Source: Flavobacteriaceae bacterium
Lineage (GTDB): Bacteria; Bacteroidota; Bacteroidia; Flavobacteriales; Flavobacteriaceae
Assembly (NCBI GenBank): GCA_036478895.1
Contig: JAZGEV010000011.1
Location: 25,836 to 89,835 of the forward strand
Direction of reading: 5' to 3'
Length of the DNA stretch: 64,000 bases
Below, piece by piece: positions 1 to 8,720 of this stretch (positions within the stretch are counted from its first letter, which is position 1; the number at the start of each line of letters is the position of its first letter). The translations under genes were made by a program, and so were the position numbers. The notes under the pieces are model-generated. The model worked only from the letters and a program-made list of their open reading frames with translations, was not told the DNA's origin and ran no database searches.

Positions 1-17
1 ATAATTTTATTTTTTAT

Positions 18-33
18 ATCGTAATTTTACGAT
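18..33. promoter_or_regulatory. Palindrome ATCGTAA-TT-TTACGAT; candidate ArsR/SmtB-type operator
   Basis: Perfect 7+7 bp inverted repeat just downstream of the arsR-like gene. A related ATCG-N8-CGAT site lies at 389-404. Confidence 0.3.
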
Positions 34-51
34 GGTTAATATTAAATTTTT

Positions 52-384
52 TTAACAACAACTTATACTCGAAAAATCTTCGTTAAATAAGGTTTCAAAT
101 AAACGTTTTGCTCTGTTCCAATTTTCAATATGAATGCAATATTTAATTTTTGGTAATTCTATTTCACCAACAATTAATCCAGCCTCTTTTAATTCTTTTA
201 AATGTTGCGAAATGGTAGATTGTGCTAATGGAATCATCTCAACCAAATCTCCCGTAAAACAACAACTTTGATTACTTAGATATTTTAAAATAGCCAAGCG
301 CACTGGATGTCCTAGGGCTTTAGCGTATTTTGCAGTTTGCTCTGTAACATCAGAATAAATAATATTGGGTGTGCTTTTTTTCAT
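52..384 (-). CDS. ArsR/SmtB family metalloregulatory transcriptional repressor
   Basis: wHTH signature HPVRLAILKYL...STISQHLKELKEAGLI. Cys pair SCCFTGDL at the alpha-3 position and a C-terminal CC. Confidence 0.85.
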   Translation of the reverse strand: MKKSTPNIIYSDVTEQTAKYAKALGHPVRLAILKYLSNQSCCFTGDLVEMIPLAQSTISQHLKELKEAGLIVGEIELPKIKYCIHIENWNRAKRLFETLFNEDFSSISCC

Positions 385-388
385 ATCT

Positions 389-404
389 ATCGCAAATGTA
401 CGAT
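389..404. promoter_or_regulatory. ATCGCAAATGTACGAT imperfect palindrome abutting the arsR start; candidate autoregulatory operator
   Basis: Shares ATCG-N8-CGAT and TACGAT with the site at 18-33. It lies 5 nt upstream of the start codon on the minus strand. Confidence 0.3.
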
Positions 405-833
405 AAATAATTTTAATAAAATTATTTTTATATATAAAATTGGATAACCATATAATTTTTAGATATTTTTAGAGTTCTCGCCAAAGGTTATTCAATTATT
501 GTTAATTTATAAAATCAATTTCCCAATATTCAAGAAGTTTGTTGTATTTCACCCTCATGTTGTTATTTTTCTTTTAAGTTAACATTTTTGATAAATTAGC
601 ATTTTCATCAATTAGAACAATAGTATATTTTTTATTTAACGTAAAAAGGGGTTTTGAAATAGTGATGTACGATTTTTGCTTTTTATTAGTACTTTTAACA
701 ACAATCAGTTTAACATTTTTTTATCAATTTTTGATAAATCCCAATTAATTTCTCCAATTTGATTTATTAAAATTCTATATCACTTTTTAATTTTGATATA
801 ACTGATGCGAGTGAATATTCAAAAGACTAAAAT

Positions 834-860
834 AGATTCCCTTTTTCAAGGGAATGACAT
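834..860. repeat. REP-like hairpin unit (GATTCC..hairpin..GGAATGAC family)
   Basis: AGATTCCCTTTTTCAAGGGAATGACAT. Same family as 925-987, 16139-16204 and 49086-49111. Confidence 0.6.
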
Positions 861-924
861 ACTTTTTTAAAAAAATTCATTCAAACTGAAAACGAATTAT
901 TAATCGAACTCAGGTTATTACAAT

Positions 925-987
925 GTCATTCTTACGTAAGTAGGAATCCACAAACAAGATAGATTCCTGTTTTCACAGTAATGACAT
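925..987. repeat. Inverted pair of REP-like hairpin units
   Basis: GTCATTCTTACGTAAGTAGGAATCCA (925-950) and AGATTCCTGTTTTCACAGTAATGACAT (961-987) in opposite orientation. Confidence 0.6.
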
Positions 988-1015
988 TCGTTTTGAAGAA
1001 ATATTAATACTTCAA

Positions 1016-3715
1016 CTACAAATCATACTTTACAGTAAACATCAAATACCTTGGTTGTACAATGTATTGTGAGGTGCTTCTATAATCTGCCGAATAAAAA
1101 TCGTCATTAATACTCGTGGTATTTAATAAGTTGATGGCAGATGCTTTAAATTCCCATTGACTGCCTTCTTTTTGATAATATAAGTCGGCATTTAAGAAAT
1201 CATATACATTGGTATTGTTGTTACTATCTGTAAATGTATTGTAACTATAATCTGAGGTTAGCACAAAATCCTTTAAAAAGATCACTTCAATATTGGCGAA
1301 TGGTTTTTGGTTGGATGATTCTAAATTATCAAAATCGTTTTTTGATATTTCATACCCAAGTTCAATGTTTGGCCACGTATCAAAATTAGTACTTAAACTG
1401 GTTTTGTAATTTTGAGTGTAGTATTTTGTTTTCTCGCTAATCACATTGTTTAATGATGTTGTTGTTAAACGATAGGTGTTTGCAATGCTATTATTACCCG
1501 ATATTTTAAACTTGTATTTTTTGAATCGTTTTGAAAAACGCGCGTTAATCGATAAATTATCATCTGGATCTATACTGTTTAAAGATGAATTAATTCGTAC
1601 CAAACCAATGGCTGCCGTGTTTTTTATAACATCCATTTTCTTAGAATAATTAATCCCACCAAAAATATTAACGAACGAAAACATATTAAACTTGCTATAA
1701 AACAAAGAATACTTATGATACAATGCATTATTTAAGTCTCTATTACCAACCGATAAGGAATTGTAAGAATTATACAAAACACCTTCAGATACTTTATTAA
1801 TATCGGTAAAATTGGTTGAGATGTTATAATTTAAACGAATATTTTCCGATCTTTTTATTTGAATTTTTGCTGTAAAATCGGGCAATAAATAGAAAGGTGA
1901 TTTTTTTGTTTCGGAACCTAATTGCGTATTTTTGGTTTGATATTGATGAGCGCTTAAACCTGGTGTTAATGTAAAAATACCTGTTTTAAGTTTGTAATGT
2001 AATCCTACAAACACATCAGTATAGTTGAATTTTACATCATTAATTAATGACGGATTGTTAAAATCTAATACCGACTTATCATCCAATGTTTGAAATATAT
2101 TGGAGTTTAAAGATTGCGTATTTAACGTTGTTCCTAAAGTAACATTAAGGTTGGATTTGTTATTTAAAATATAGTAATAATCCAATTTTGCATCCAATTT
2201 ACGGGTGTTTATTTTTTTGAATTGAGACATGTTATAATCGGTACCTTCATCAACAGTAGGTATGTTTATAAAACGCTGTTCACCGTTAATGGAGTTGTAT
2301 AAGGGTTTGTTGTTTTCGATTAAAAACTGACTTTCAAAGGCAAAAATATTTTTATCGTTTGCCGTATAATACATGTTTGTACTTTGCTTTATTGAAAATG
2401 GTTTTTCTGCCTTACTGCTTTTTATGTTATCATCCGAATTGGTTGTGGTGTTTCCAAAAGTAAAACTGGATAATGAATTGGTGTTTGTGGCTTCGTTTAA
2501 ATCGGATATTTTTAAAATAGCATCGTAATCCAATTGGAAAATTGCACTTGGTTTATAGCCTAAAGCTAATTTCATTAAACCTAAAGTATTGTCTTGATTT
2601 GTTGATGATTGTTTATCTTCATTTAAAGTATTACTTTGTGAAATTCTAGTTGAATTACTGTTTGTTTGTAATGTGTTTTCAGCTTTAGAAAAAATGGCGA
2701 ATCCGTTAAAATCGAGATTTTTACTCAATGATTGAGAGAAATTAACTGCTCCAAAAGTGTTTTTAACTTCTTGTGCTTTATTGTCTTTTAAAAAGGATAA
2801 CCCTAAACTATTAGACGATACATTAAGTCCACCACTTTTCATCATATTTTTAAAACCGCCAGAAAATTTAAAATAATCTCTAAATGTAAACGGAATTTCA
2901 CCAATGTTATTTATATCGGTAATCACGTTAATACTTTTATTTGGGCTGTAATAAAATAATTTTGGGTGTGCTAAATAACGTGTGCCATCGCCTTCACCAG
3001 CGCCAGCAGTCACTTCACCAAACCAAAAATTCTTTTTCCCTTCTTTTAATTTTATATTTATGGCAATGTTATCACTATCATCTCCAACACCGCGCATTTG
3101 CGAGACATCATTATGGTTTTTTAATACTTCTACTTTTTTAATAGCATCTGCCGGAATATTTTTAACAGCTAGTTTGGTATCGCCATCAAAAAACTCTTTA
3201 CCTTCTACATATACTTTGGATACTCGTTTGCCTTCTACTTCAATTTCGCCTTCTTTATTAACCTCAACACCTGGCAATTTTTCCAATACATCGCCTAGTT
3301 TTTTTTCTTTTCCGTTGGTAAACGAGTCAGCATTATAAACAATAGTGTCTCCTTTAATTGTAACGGGCATTGTATAGGTTATTTCAATATCATCCAAACT
3401 GTTTAAGTCTTCCTTTAATACAAAATCCTTTGTCGTTTCTTCTTCACTAATAACCAATAATTTTGATTGAGATACAAAACCAATGTAACTAACTTTTAAC
3501 TCAACATTACCTAACTTTGATAATTTAATTTTATAGTTTCCTTTAGCATCGGTAATGGAATAGCCTTCTAATGAGCCATCGTCCACATTCATAGCAATGA
3601 CATTTGCCATATCCAATGGGTTTCCAATACTATCTCTTACAACACCTTTTAAGCTTATTTGAGAAAAACTGTGAATAGATATAAAAACGAAGATTAGAAT
3701 TAACTGTTTTTTCAT
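1016..3715 (-). CDS. Outer membrane beta-barrel / TonB-dependent receptor-like protein with N-terminal CarboxypepD_reg-like domain
   Basis: Signal peptide, then SLKGVVRDSIGNPLDMANV (carboxypeptidase-regulatory-like fold) and a plug-like segment. Long beta-rich C-terminus ending VKYDL. Confidence 0.75.
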   Translation of the reverse strand: MKKQLILIFVFISIHSFSQISLKGVVRDSIGNPLDMANVIAMNVDDGSLEGYSITDAKGNYKIKLSKLGNVELKVSYIGFVSQSKLLVISEEETTKDFVLKEDLNSLDDIEITYTMPVTIKGDTIVYNADSFTNGKEKKLGDVLEKLPGVEVNKEGEIEVEGKRVSKVYVEGKEFFDGDTKLAVKNIPADAIKKVEVLKNHNDVSQMRGVGDDSDNIAINIKLKEGKKNFWFGEVTAGAGEGDGTRYLAHPKLFYYSPNKSINVITDINNIGEIPFTFRDYFKFSGGFKNMMKSGGLNVSSNSLGLSFLKDNKAQEVKNTFGAVNFSQSLSKNLDFNGFAIFSKAENTLQTNSNSTRISQSNTLNEDKQSSTNQDNTLGLMKLALGYKPSAIFQLDYDAILKISDLNEATNTNSLSSFTFGNTTTNSDDNIKSSKAEKPFSIKQSTNMYYTANDKNIFAFESQFLIENNKPLYNSINGEQRFINIPTVDEGTDYNMSQFKKINTRKLDAKLDYYYILNNKSNLNVTLGTTLNTQSLNSNIFQTLDDKSVLDFNNPSLINDVKFNYTDVFVGLHYKLKTGIFTLTPGLSAHQYQTKNTQLGSETKKSPFYLLPDFTAKIQIKRSENIRLNYNISTNFTDINKVSEGVLYNSYNSLSVGNRDLNNALYHKYSLFYSKFNMFSFVNIFGGINYSKKMDVIKNTAAIGLVRINSSLNSIDPDDNLSINARFSKRFKKYKFKISGNNSIANTYRLTTTSLNNVISEKTKYYTQNYKTSLSTNFDTWPNIELGYEISKNDFDNLESSNQKPFANIEVIFLKDFVLTSDYSYNTFTDSNNNTNVYDFLNADLYYQKEGSQWEFKASAINLLNTTSINDDFYSADYRSTSQYIVQPRYLMFTVKYDL

Positions 3716-3848
3716 AATTTGGTTTGATTGAATTAATAAGGTCTCGACCTTAATTTATATTGAGTATACGAAACACTCAACCTAACATAATAAGCTATAA
3801 TTATTAGCAAAAAGTTGATTTAATTATGTAATATTATGGGGAAATTCA

Positions 3849-4706
3849 CTAAAAATGACGACCACGACCACCAGATCCTTTTTTACGTCCGCTTTTAAAA
3901 CGAGCACGCATTTCGGTAATTTTTTCTTCTAGTATCGCTTCATATTCCTCTTGCGTTATCTCTTTACCTTTAGTTGGTTTTTCAATTTTTGCTTTGTCTT
4001 TTGGATTAATAACCAATTCTGTACAATACATTTGCAAATTGCCTTCGTTTACTTCTAATATTAAACCAGGTAAACCTTGGTAATCTTTTGGTCCGTGAGC
4101 AACAGGAATTTCTGGAGTATACCATGCAGTAACTGTAGTTGTTTTTATGGTTTCAACTGTTGTGGAATCTTTTGCTTTATCTTTCGATTGTTCTTTTTTC
4201 ATAAAACGACTAAAACGTTTCATATCATTCTTTACAACTTTTTCTGCGGTTGCTTTAAAACAAAGGTGTTTTCCTATCATTTTGGATTCTTTACCTAATT
4301 TCCAATCCAGTTGTTTTAAACTGTCTTTTATTAAAAAAACTTTACCAAATGTTTCTTTTTTATTGGTGAATGTTTTTGCTTTTGTATCTCTAAAAAATAC
4401 ATTATCCGATGAACGGCTAAAACGAGAATTTTCTCCTGGTGTTTCTAACACTTTTTCTTCTTTATAAGTAGATTGTGTTTTGTTAAAGTCCAAGACATAG
4501 ATTTTCTCCATTCGTTTTTTCATCATTTTCATCATAAAATCCTTACGATCGTCGGGCATTTTCATACTGTCCATACGTTTTTTAACAGCATCACTTACAG
4601 TGATTTTTGTTTGATACAGTGCTTTTCCTTGAAAACCTTGCGCTTTTGCAACCGTTGTGAAAAAAAACAAAACGGATATCATAATTTTTAAAATAATTCT
4701 GATCAT
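3849..4706 (-). CDS. GLPGLI family protein
   Basis: Signal peptide. AWYTPEIPVAHGPKDYQGLPGLILEV contains the family-defining GLPGLI motif. Paralog of the next gene. Confidence 0.8.
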   Translation of the reverse strand: MIRIILKIMISVLFFFTTVAKAQGFQGKALYQTKITVSDAVKKRMDSMKMPDDRKDFMMKMMKKRMEKIYVLDFNKTQSTYKEEKVLETPGENSRFSRSSDNVFFRDTKAKTFTNKKETFGKVFLIKDSLKQLDWKLGKESKMIGKHLCFKATAEKVVKNDMKRFSRFMKKEQSKDKAKDSTTVETIKTTTVTAWYTPEIPVAHGPKDYQGLPGLILEVNEGNLQMYCTELVINPKDKAKIEKPTKGKEITQEEYEAILEEKITEMRARFKSGRKKGSGGRGRHF

Positions 4707-4812
4707 ATCTTTTAGTTTTAAATGGTTATAATTTTATGTGTTATAAGTATTCACTTAGAGGGATTATACATTAATAGACGCTTAAACAAATAGTTTGTTA
4801 CAGTTTAAACTC

Positions 4813-5655
4813 TTAACCTCCAATAAAAATTGTGTTACTGTTACCTTTTCCCTTTTTACGTCCACCTTTAAATTGCTTCATCATTTCTTTAGATTTCTCT
4901 AGCATCATATCTTCAAACTTCTTAGCGGTAATTTTTTTTCCTTTTTTAGGAGCTTTAATTTCAACTTTTTCTTTAGGGTTCAACACTAATTTTGTGCAAA
5001 CAAAGTGCATTTTATCTTGATGTAACTCTAGTACTAAACCTGGTAAACCAGAAATTTCCGCAGGACCATTATTAATTGGTATTTCTGGTGTGTACCAAGC
5101 GGTATATTTTAATTCTTTTTGGGTGTCTTTTTTTTCCATTGTTTTATAATCAAAATCATCAATCAATTTTATTGCAGTTGCTTTAAAACAAAGGTATTTG
5201 CCTATTTTTTTTGATTCTTTACCCAATTTCCAATCAATGGTTTCTAAAGTGTCAATTATTAAAAACTCTTTCCCAAACGATTCGGTTGCTTTTGTAAAGG
5301 TCTTTTCCTTAGTGTTTTTATATAACACATCCGCAGAACCTGTATCAATAGTAATTGAAAAACCAGAACTAGCAGGTGTTGGTTTTTCTAACTCTTTATC
5401 TTGCGTGTAAATTGAGCTTGTTTTATCAAAGACTAAGGTGTAGGTTTTTTCGGATTGTTTACGAATCATTTCACGAATTGATTTTCTCATTTCATCATTC
5501 ATCATATTATTTTTATCCGTTTTTGTTGAGTCTTTCTTTTTATCAAATTCAAAATTCATTTTTGTTTGATACGTTGCAATGCCTTGAAAGTTTTGTGCAG
5601 ATAATTGTACTATTGCAATTAATATAATACTTAGTGTTATTATTAATTTTTTCAT
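4813..5655 (-). CDS. GLPGLI family protein (paralog)
   Basis: AWYTPEIPINNGPAEISGLPGLVLEL motif. Start moved to MKKLIITLS (signal peptide) instead of the ORF-track start at 5685. Confidence 0.75.
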   Translation of the reverse strand: MKKLIITLSIILIAIVQLSAQNFQGIATYQTKMNFEFDKKKDSTKTDKNNMMNDEMRKSIREMIRKQSEKTYTLVFDKTSSIYTQDKELEKPTPASSGFSITIDTGSADVLYKNTKEKTFTKATESFGKEFLIIDTLETIDWKLGKESKKIGKYLCFKATAIKLIDDFDYKTMEKKDTQKELKYTAWYTPEIPINNGPAEISGLPGLVLELHQDKMHFVCTKLVLNPKEKVEIKAPKKGKKITAKKFEDMMLEKSKEMMKQFKGGRKKGKGNSNTIFIGG

Positions 5656-5773
5656 CTTTGTATATTTACTGTTAATTTTTAGCAAATATAGAACAAGATT
5701 GAGATAAATAACATTTGCTTATGTTAAACAATGTTAAGGTGTTGTTAAAATAGATTGTTAGCTATTACCCTGT

Positions 5774-5867
5774 TTTGTTAATTGAAATATGTTTTGGTAG
5801 TGGTTTAATTTGGGTTTAGCTAGTACTTGCTTTGTTAATTGAAATACGTTTTGGAAGTGGTTTAATT
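5774..5867. repeat. Two 37-bp direct repeats (2 mismatches) spaced 57 bp apart
   Basis: TTTGTTAATTGAAATATGTTTTGGTAGTGGTTTAATT (5774-5810) versus TTTGTTAATTGAAATACGTTTTGGAAGTGGTTTAATT (5831-5867). Confidence 0.8.
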
Positions 5868-5918
5868 GTTTAATTAGGTTGCTAATTTATTAACATATGT
5901 AAATAATTAAACCTAATT

Positions 5919-5966
5919 AACCAACAACTGAAAACCAAAAACTATCAACCAACAATTGAAAACCAA
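5919..5966. repeat. Two 20-bp direct repeats AACCAACAA(C/T)TGAAAACCAA spaced 28 bp apart
   Basis: 5919-5938 and 5947-5966 are 19/20 identical. Confidence 0.75.
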
Positions 5967-5976
5967 CAACTAATCA

Positions 5977-6408
5977 CTAATTAAACCAATTACCCCAAGG
6001 AATACGTATAAGAATCATTACCAATGCTAATCCATACCAAATAGCTAAGGTTTTAAACTTGCCTTCTGATGTGCTTTTCTTTTTGTGTTTAGAAAATCCT
6101 ATGGTGATGAAAACAATGGCTAATATCATCATTAATGGATGTTCTACAGCTATTAAACGTGCTGCACTATCTTTCATAGTTACGCTCATTCCGTTTGCTT
6201 TAAAACCTTTGTAAGCTGGAGACATAAAATACCAAGCCAAACCAATGAATAATTGAATATGTGATGCTATAAGTGTAAATAATGGCAGGCGAACATCTTG
6301 TAAAGTATATTCTTTTTTTAAACTTAAAAGTGTTTTAACAACTGTAATGATTAATAAAGCCAATACAAAGTAGGCCCATTTTGAATGAATGTCTTGAAAA
6401 ATTTCCAT
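5977..6408 (-). CDS. Small integral membrane protein, function unknown
   Basis: 143 aa with four hydrophobic helices. No motif I can name. Confidence 0.5.
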   Translation of the reverse strand: MEIFQDIHSKWAYFVLALLIITVVKTLLSLKKEYTLQDVRLPLFTLIASHIQLFIGLAWYFMSPAYKGFKANGMSVTMKDSAARLIAVEHPLMMILAIVFITIGFSKHKKKSTSEGKFKTLAIWYGLALVMILIRIPWGNWFN

Positions 6409-6539
6409 TTTTAGTGATTTTTAATTAGTTAGTTTTTTGTAAAAATAGTGTTTTATTTTTTGTTGTTAAAAAAGAACTGAAAATTTATTTGTTAAAAATA
6501 AATCCAAGATAGTGTGCGATTTCTTACTTTGCTAATACT

Positions 6540-6698
6540 TGATTGCATCGCAGACAGTATCACTTCTAAGTTTTTAAACTTAAACTTCCTGATCTTAACC
6601 AAAAACAGAAAATGTATTTTAGAATATGTAACTTAAGATATGAAGTTAAACAAAACTAAGATGATTAATTTAATTACTTTCTGTACACGATGCAATCA
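6540..6698. repeat. 159-bp unit bounded by perfect 11-bp terminal inverted repeats (MITE-like or structured RNA)
   Basis: TGATTGCATCG (6540-6550) and CGATGCAATCA (6688-6698). ACAG/CTGT also matches 3 nt further in. Lies in a 650-bp ORF-free gap. Confidence 0.4.
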
Positions 6699-7011
6699 CG
6701 CACTAGTATGGTGATTTTTAAATTGCCTTTAAAATTATTTACTTTTATGTGCTTCTTTTCCATCAGAACATATTTTAAGACACTCTGATTCAAATTTAAT
6801 CAAATCAGGTCTAAATATAAAGTCATTATCATTTTTATTTAAAATCATTACACCGTCATTAAGCAAATGTATTTTAAAACTCGCATTTGATTTGATACTT
6901 TCTTGCAAATAACTATTTATGCTATAAATAGATAATATAATATTTTTTATTTTGTATAAAAATTAGTTCACCAAACTCTGGAATATTACTTTAAAGATAT
7001 TAAAATATCAT

Positions 7012-7044
7012 CAAACAAAAAACCTCTCTTTTTCAAGAGAGGTT
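7012..7044 (-). terminator. Rho-independent terminator of the TonB-receptor/lipoprotein operon
   Basis: AACCTCTCTT-TTTC-AAGAGAGGTT, a 10-bp stem followed on the minus strand by TTTTTGTTTG. Confidence 0.75.
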
Positions 7045-7065
7045 TTATATATTAAATGAGGGAAT

Positions 7066-8706
7066 TTAGTTATTTACAACCCATTCGCCTGCAGTTTTAA
7101 TAAAGTTTTTTGTGTGGTCGCTTTCGCCACCATCATAAACCACATAAGTAAGGATGTATTTTTGTCCTTCTTCTGCTGTTGGATCGTGGTGATTTAAAAA
7201 TAAATCTAATGCAAATACTATTTGCGCATCAGACCAGTTATAATCAAAATCATCATAGGTTTCTAAGTTGCCTAATAAACCATCATAGTCTGCATTTCCT
7301 GCTAATTGAGCAGCCATATAATCATAATCTGCGCCTCTATCTAAAGTGTAACGGATTGTATTGTCTGGTACCCAAGTAGAGCCATCGTGACCAAATTGTA
7401 AGGTTGTTGCAATAGTTGATTCATGTCCAATCCAAGCACCATCTGTAAAGGTATATAAGTTTCCTCTAGTTTGTGCTCCTGATGAACTTGAATAGTAAGG
7501 ATAAATTACAAATAACTCATCTTCATCTTGTGCAAATGGATATGAAATATTTAAAAATGCTGGTAAATAGTTTTCTGGTCTTACCGAGCTACCAAAATTA
7601 TCATACTGTCCAGGTTGTTGATAACCTTCGCCCATTGAGTCAAAATCAACTGAACTTAAGTAATACGCTTCGTCTGCTTTTTCCCAATCTCCACCAGTAT
7701 AAACATAATGAGTTCCGTAGTTTGCAGTATCTCCAGTTACACCTAATGTTTTAATTGACATTCCATCAATTCTCCATCTTGGAGCATCACTAGTAGTTGA
7801 TTCGTATTTAAAAGCAATGTTTATTGTTTGTCCGTCGTAAGCAGAAAAATCTACGTCTTCAGACATAACCCAGTCACCACTACCTGTAGGTAAAGTTGTT
7901 ACTGTAACAGGATTCCAAGTTGCAGCTGCTACATCATTTGTATAGTCTGTAGAAACTACAATGTTTAATAACTCATAGTGTCCATTTAAATATTTCATAT
8001 ATTGATTTATTTGAAATTTTAAATTAGATTCACCTGTTAAATCTATAGATGGAGAAATTAACCAATCTTCGTTTTGTTGTTGTCCACTATTGTAACCTGA
8101 TATTTGTAAATAAGCTGCTTCGGAAGTCCATCCTTCTGCACCAATTACATCGGTTGTTGTCCAACCAGCCATACTTCCAACAAAATCATAAGAAACGATA
8201 TCTGCTAGTCCAATTACTGGAGTTTCTGTATATTTTTTAAATTTTGCTAATACTACTTGTCCTTCTGTTGGACTTGTAATTTGAGCATCCAATACATCAG
8301 CAATATGATCATCTGCATTTACATCTGGATAGAATCCAAAAGCATCACTTCCTGTAGAAGCATAATCTGCATTTGTAAATTGGTACACATCAGCACCTGT
8401 AAAATCATTTATACCTTCTGCAGAACCAATATAAAGGTTATAGCCTATTAAAATTGAAGAACCATTTCCCCAATGAGGATACATATCTTTAATAAAATCT
8501 GGTAAAGCCTCTTTGGCATCGTCTATAGAACTAAAACTTCCGTAGTTTAACTCTAAAGTGTCATAATCATCAGATGTAAGCGTATATTCTGTGCTTGCAA
8601 CTAACGGGTTATCTTGAGCATCAATTTCTGCATTGATGTCATCCATTGGATTACAACCTGTAAAAAATACGGCTACAATCGCTACTAAATAAATTAATTT
8701 TTTCAT
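7066..8706 (-). CDS. Cell-surface lipoprotein, probable partner of the upstream TonB-dependent receptor
   Basis: Lipobox VFFTGC. Acidic and aromatic-rich 546 aa. Lies 14 bp downstream of the receptor gene. Not SusD-like by eye. Confidence 0.5.
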   Translation of the reverse strand: MKKLIYLVAIVAVFFTGCNPMDDINAEIDAQDNPLVASTEYTLTSDDYDTLELNYGSFSSIDDAKEALPDFIKDMYPHWGNGSSILIGYNLYIGSAEGINDFTGADVYQFTNADYASTGSDAFGFYPDVNADDHIADVLDAQITSPTEGQVVLAKFKKYTETPVIGLADIVSYDFVGSMAGWTTTDVIGAEGWTSEAAYLQISGYNSGQQQNEDWLISPSIDLTGESNLKFQINQYMKYLNGHYELLNIVVSTDYTNDVAAATWNPVTVTTLPTGSGDWVMSEDVDFSAYDGQTINIAFKYESTTSDAPRWRIDGMSIKTLGVTGDTANYGTHYVYTGGDWEKADEAYYLSSVDFDSMGEGYQQPGQYDNFGSSVRPENYLPAFLNISYPFAQDEDELFVIYPYYSSSSGAQTRGNLYTFTDGAWIGHESTIATTLQFGHDGSTWVPDNTIRYTLDRGADYDYMAAQLAGNADYDGLLGNLETYDDFDYNWSDAQIVFALDLFLNHHDPTAEEGQKYILTYVVYDGGESDHTKNFIKTAGEWVVNN

Positions 8707-8720
8707 TGTTTTATTATTTA

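Noticed and set aside
665-748. 27-aa hydrophobic mini-ORF, MYDFCFLLVLLTTISLTFFYQFLINPN, in the 630-bp gap after arsR.
   Set aside because: Such ORFs arise easily in T-rich DNA, and it cannot be supported without conservation or Ribo-seq data.
2941-5627. Plus-strand ORFs of 62-118 aa inside the barrel and GLPGLI genes. Similar short antisense ORFs occur inside pgi, mutS, rnr, mnmG, the TonB receptor and the LRR gene.
   Set aside because: Each is fully nested antisense within a long, well-supported CDS and has low-complexity composition. They are treated as shadow ORFs.
6735-6848. 37-aa minus-strand ORF, MILNKNDNDFIFRPDLIKFESECLKICSDGKEAHKSK, in the large gap.
   Set aside because: It is too short and has no motif. 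The frame stays open upstream without a start codon, so it may be a decayed fragment. There is no evidence for expression.
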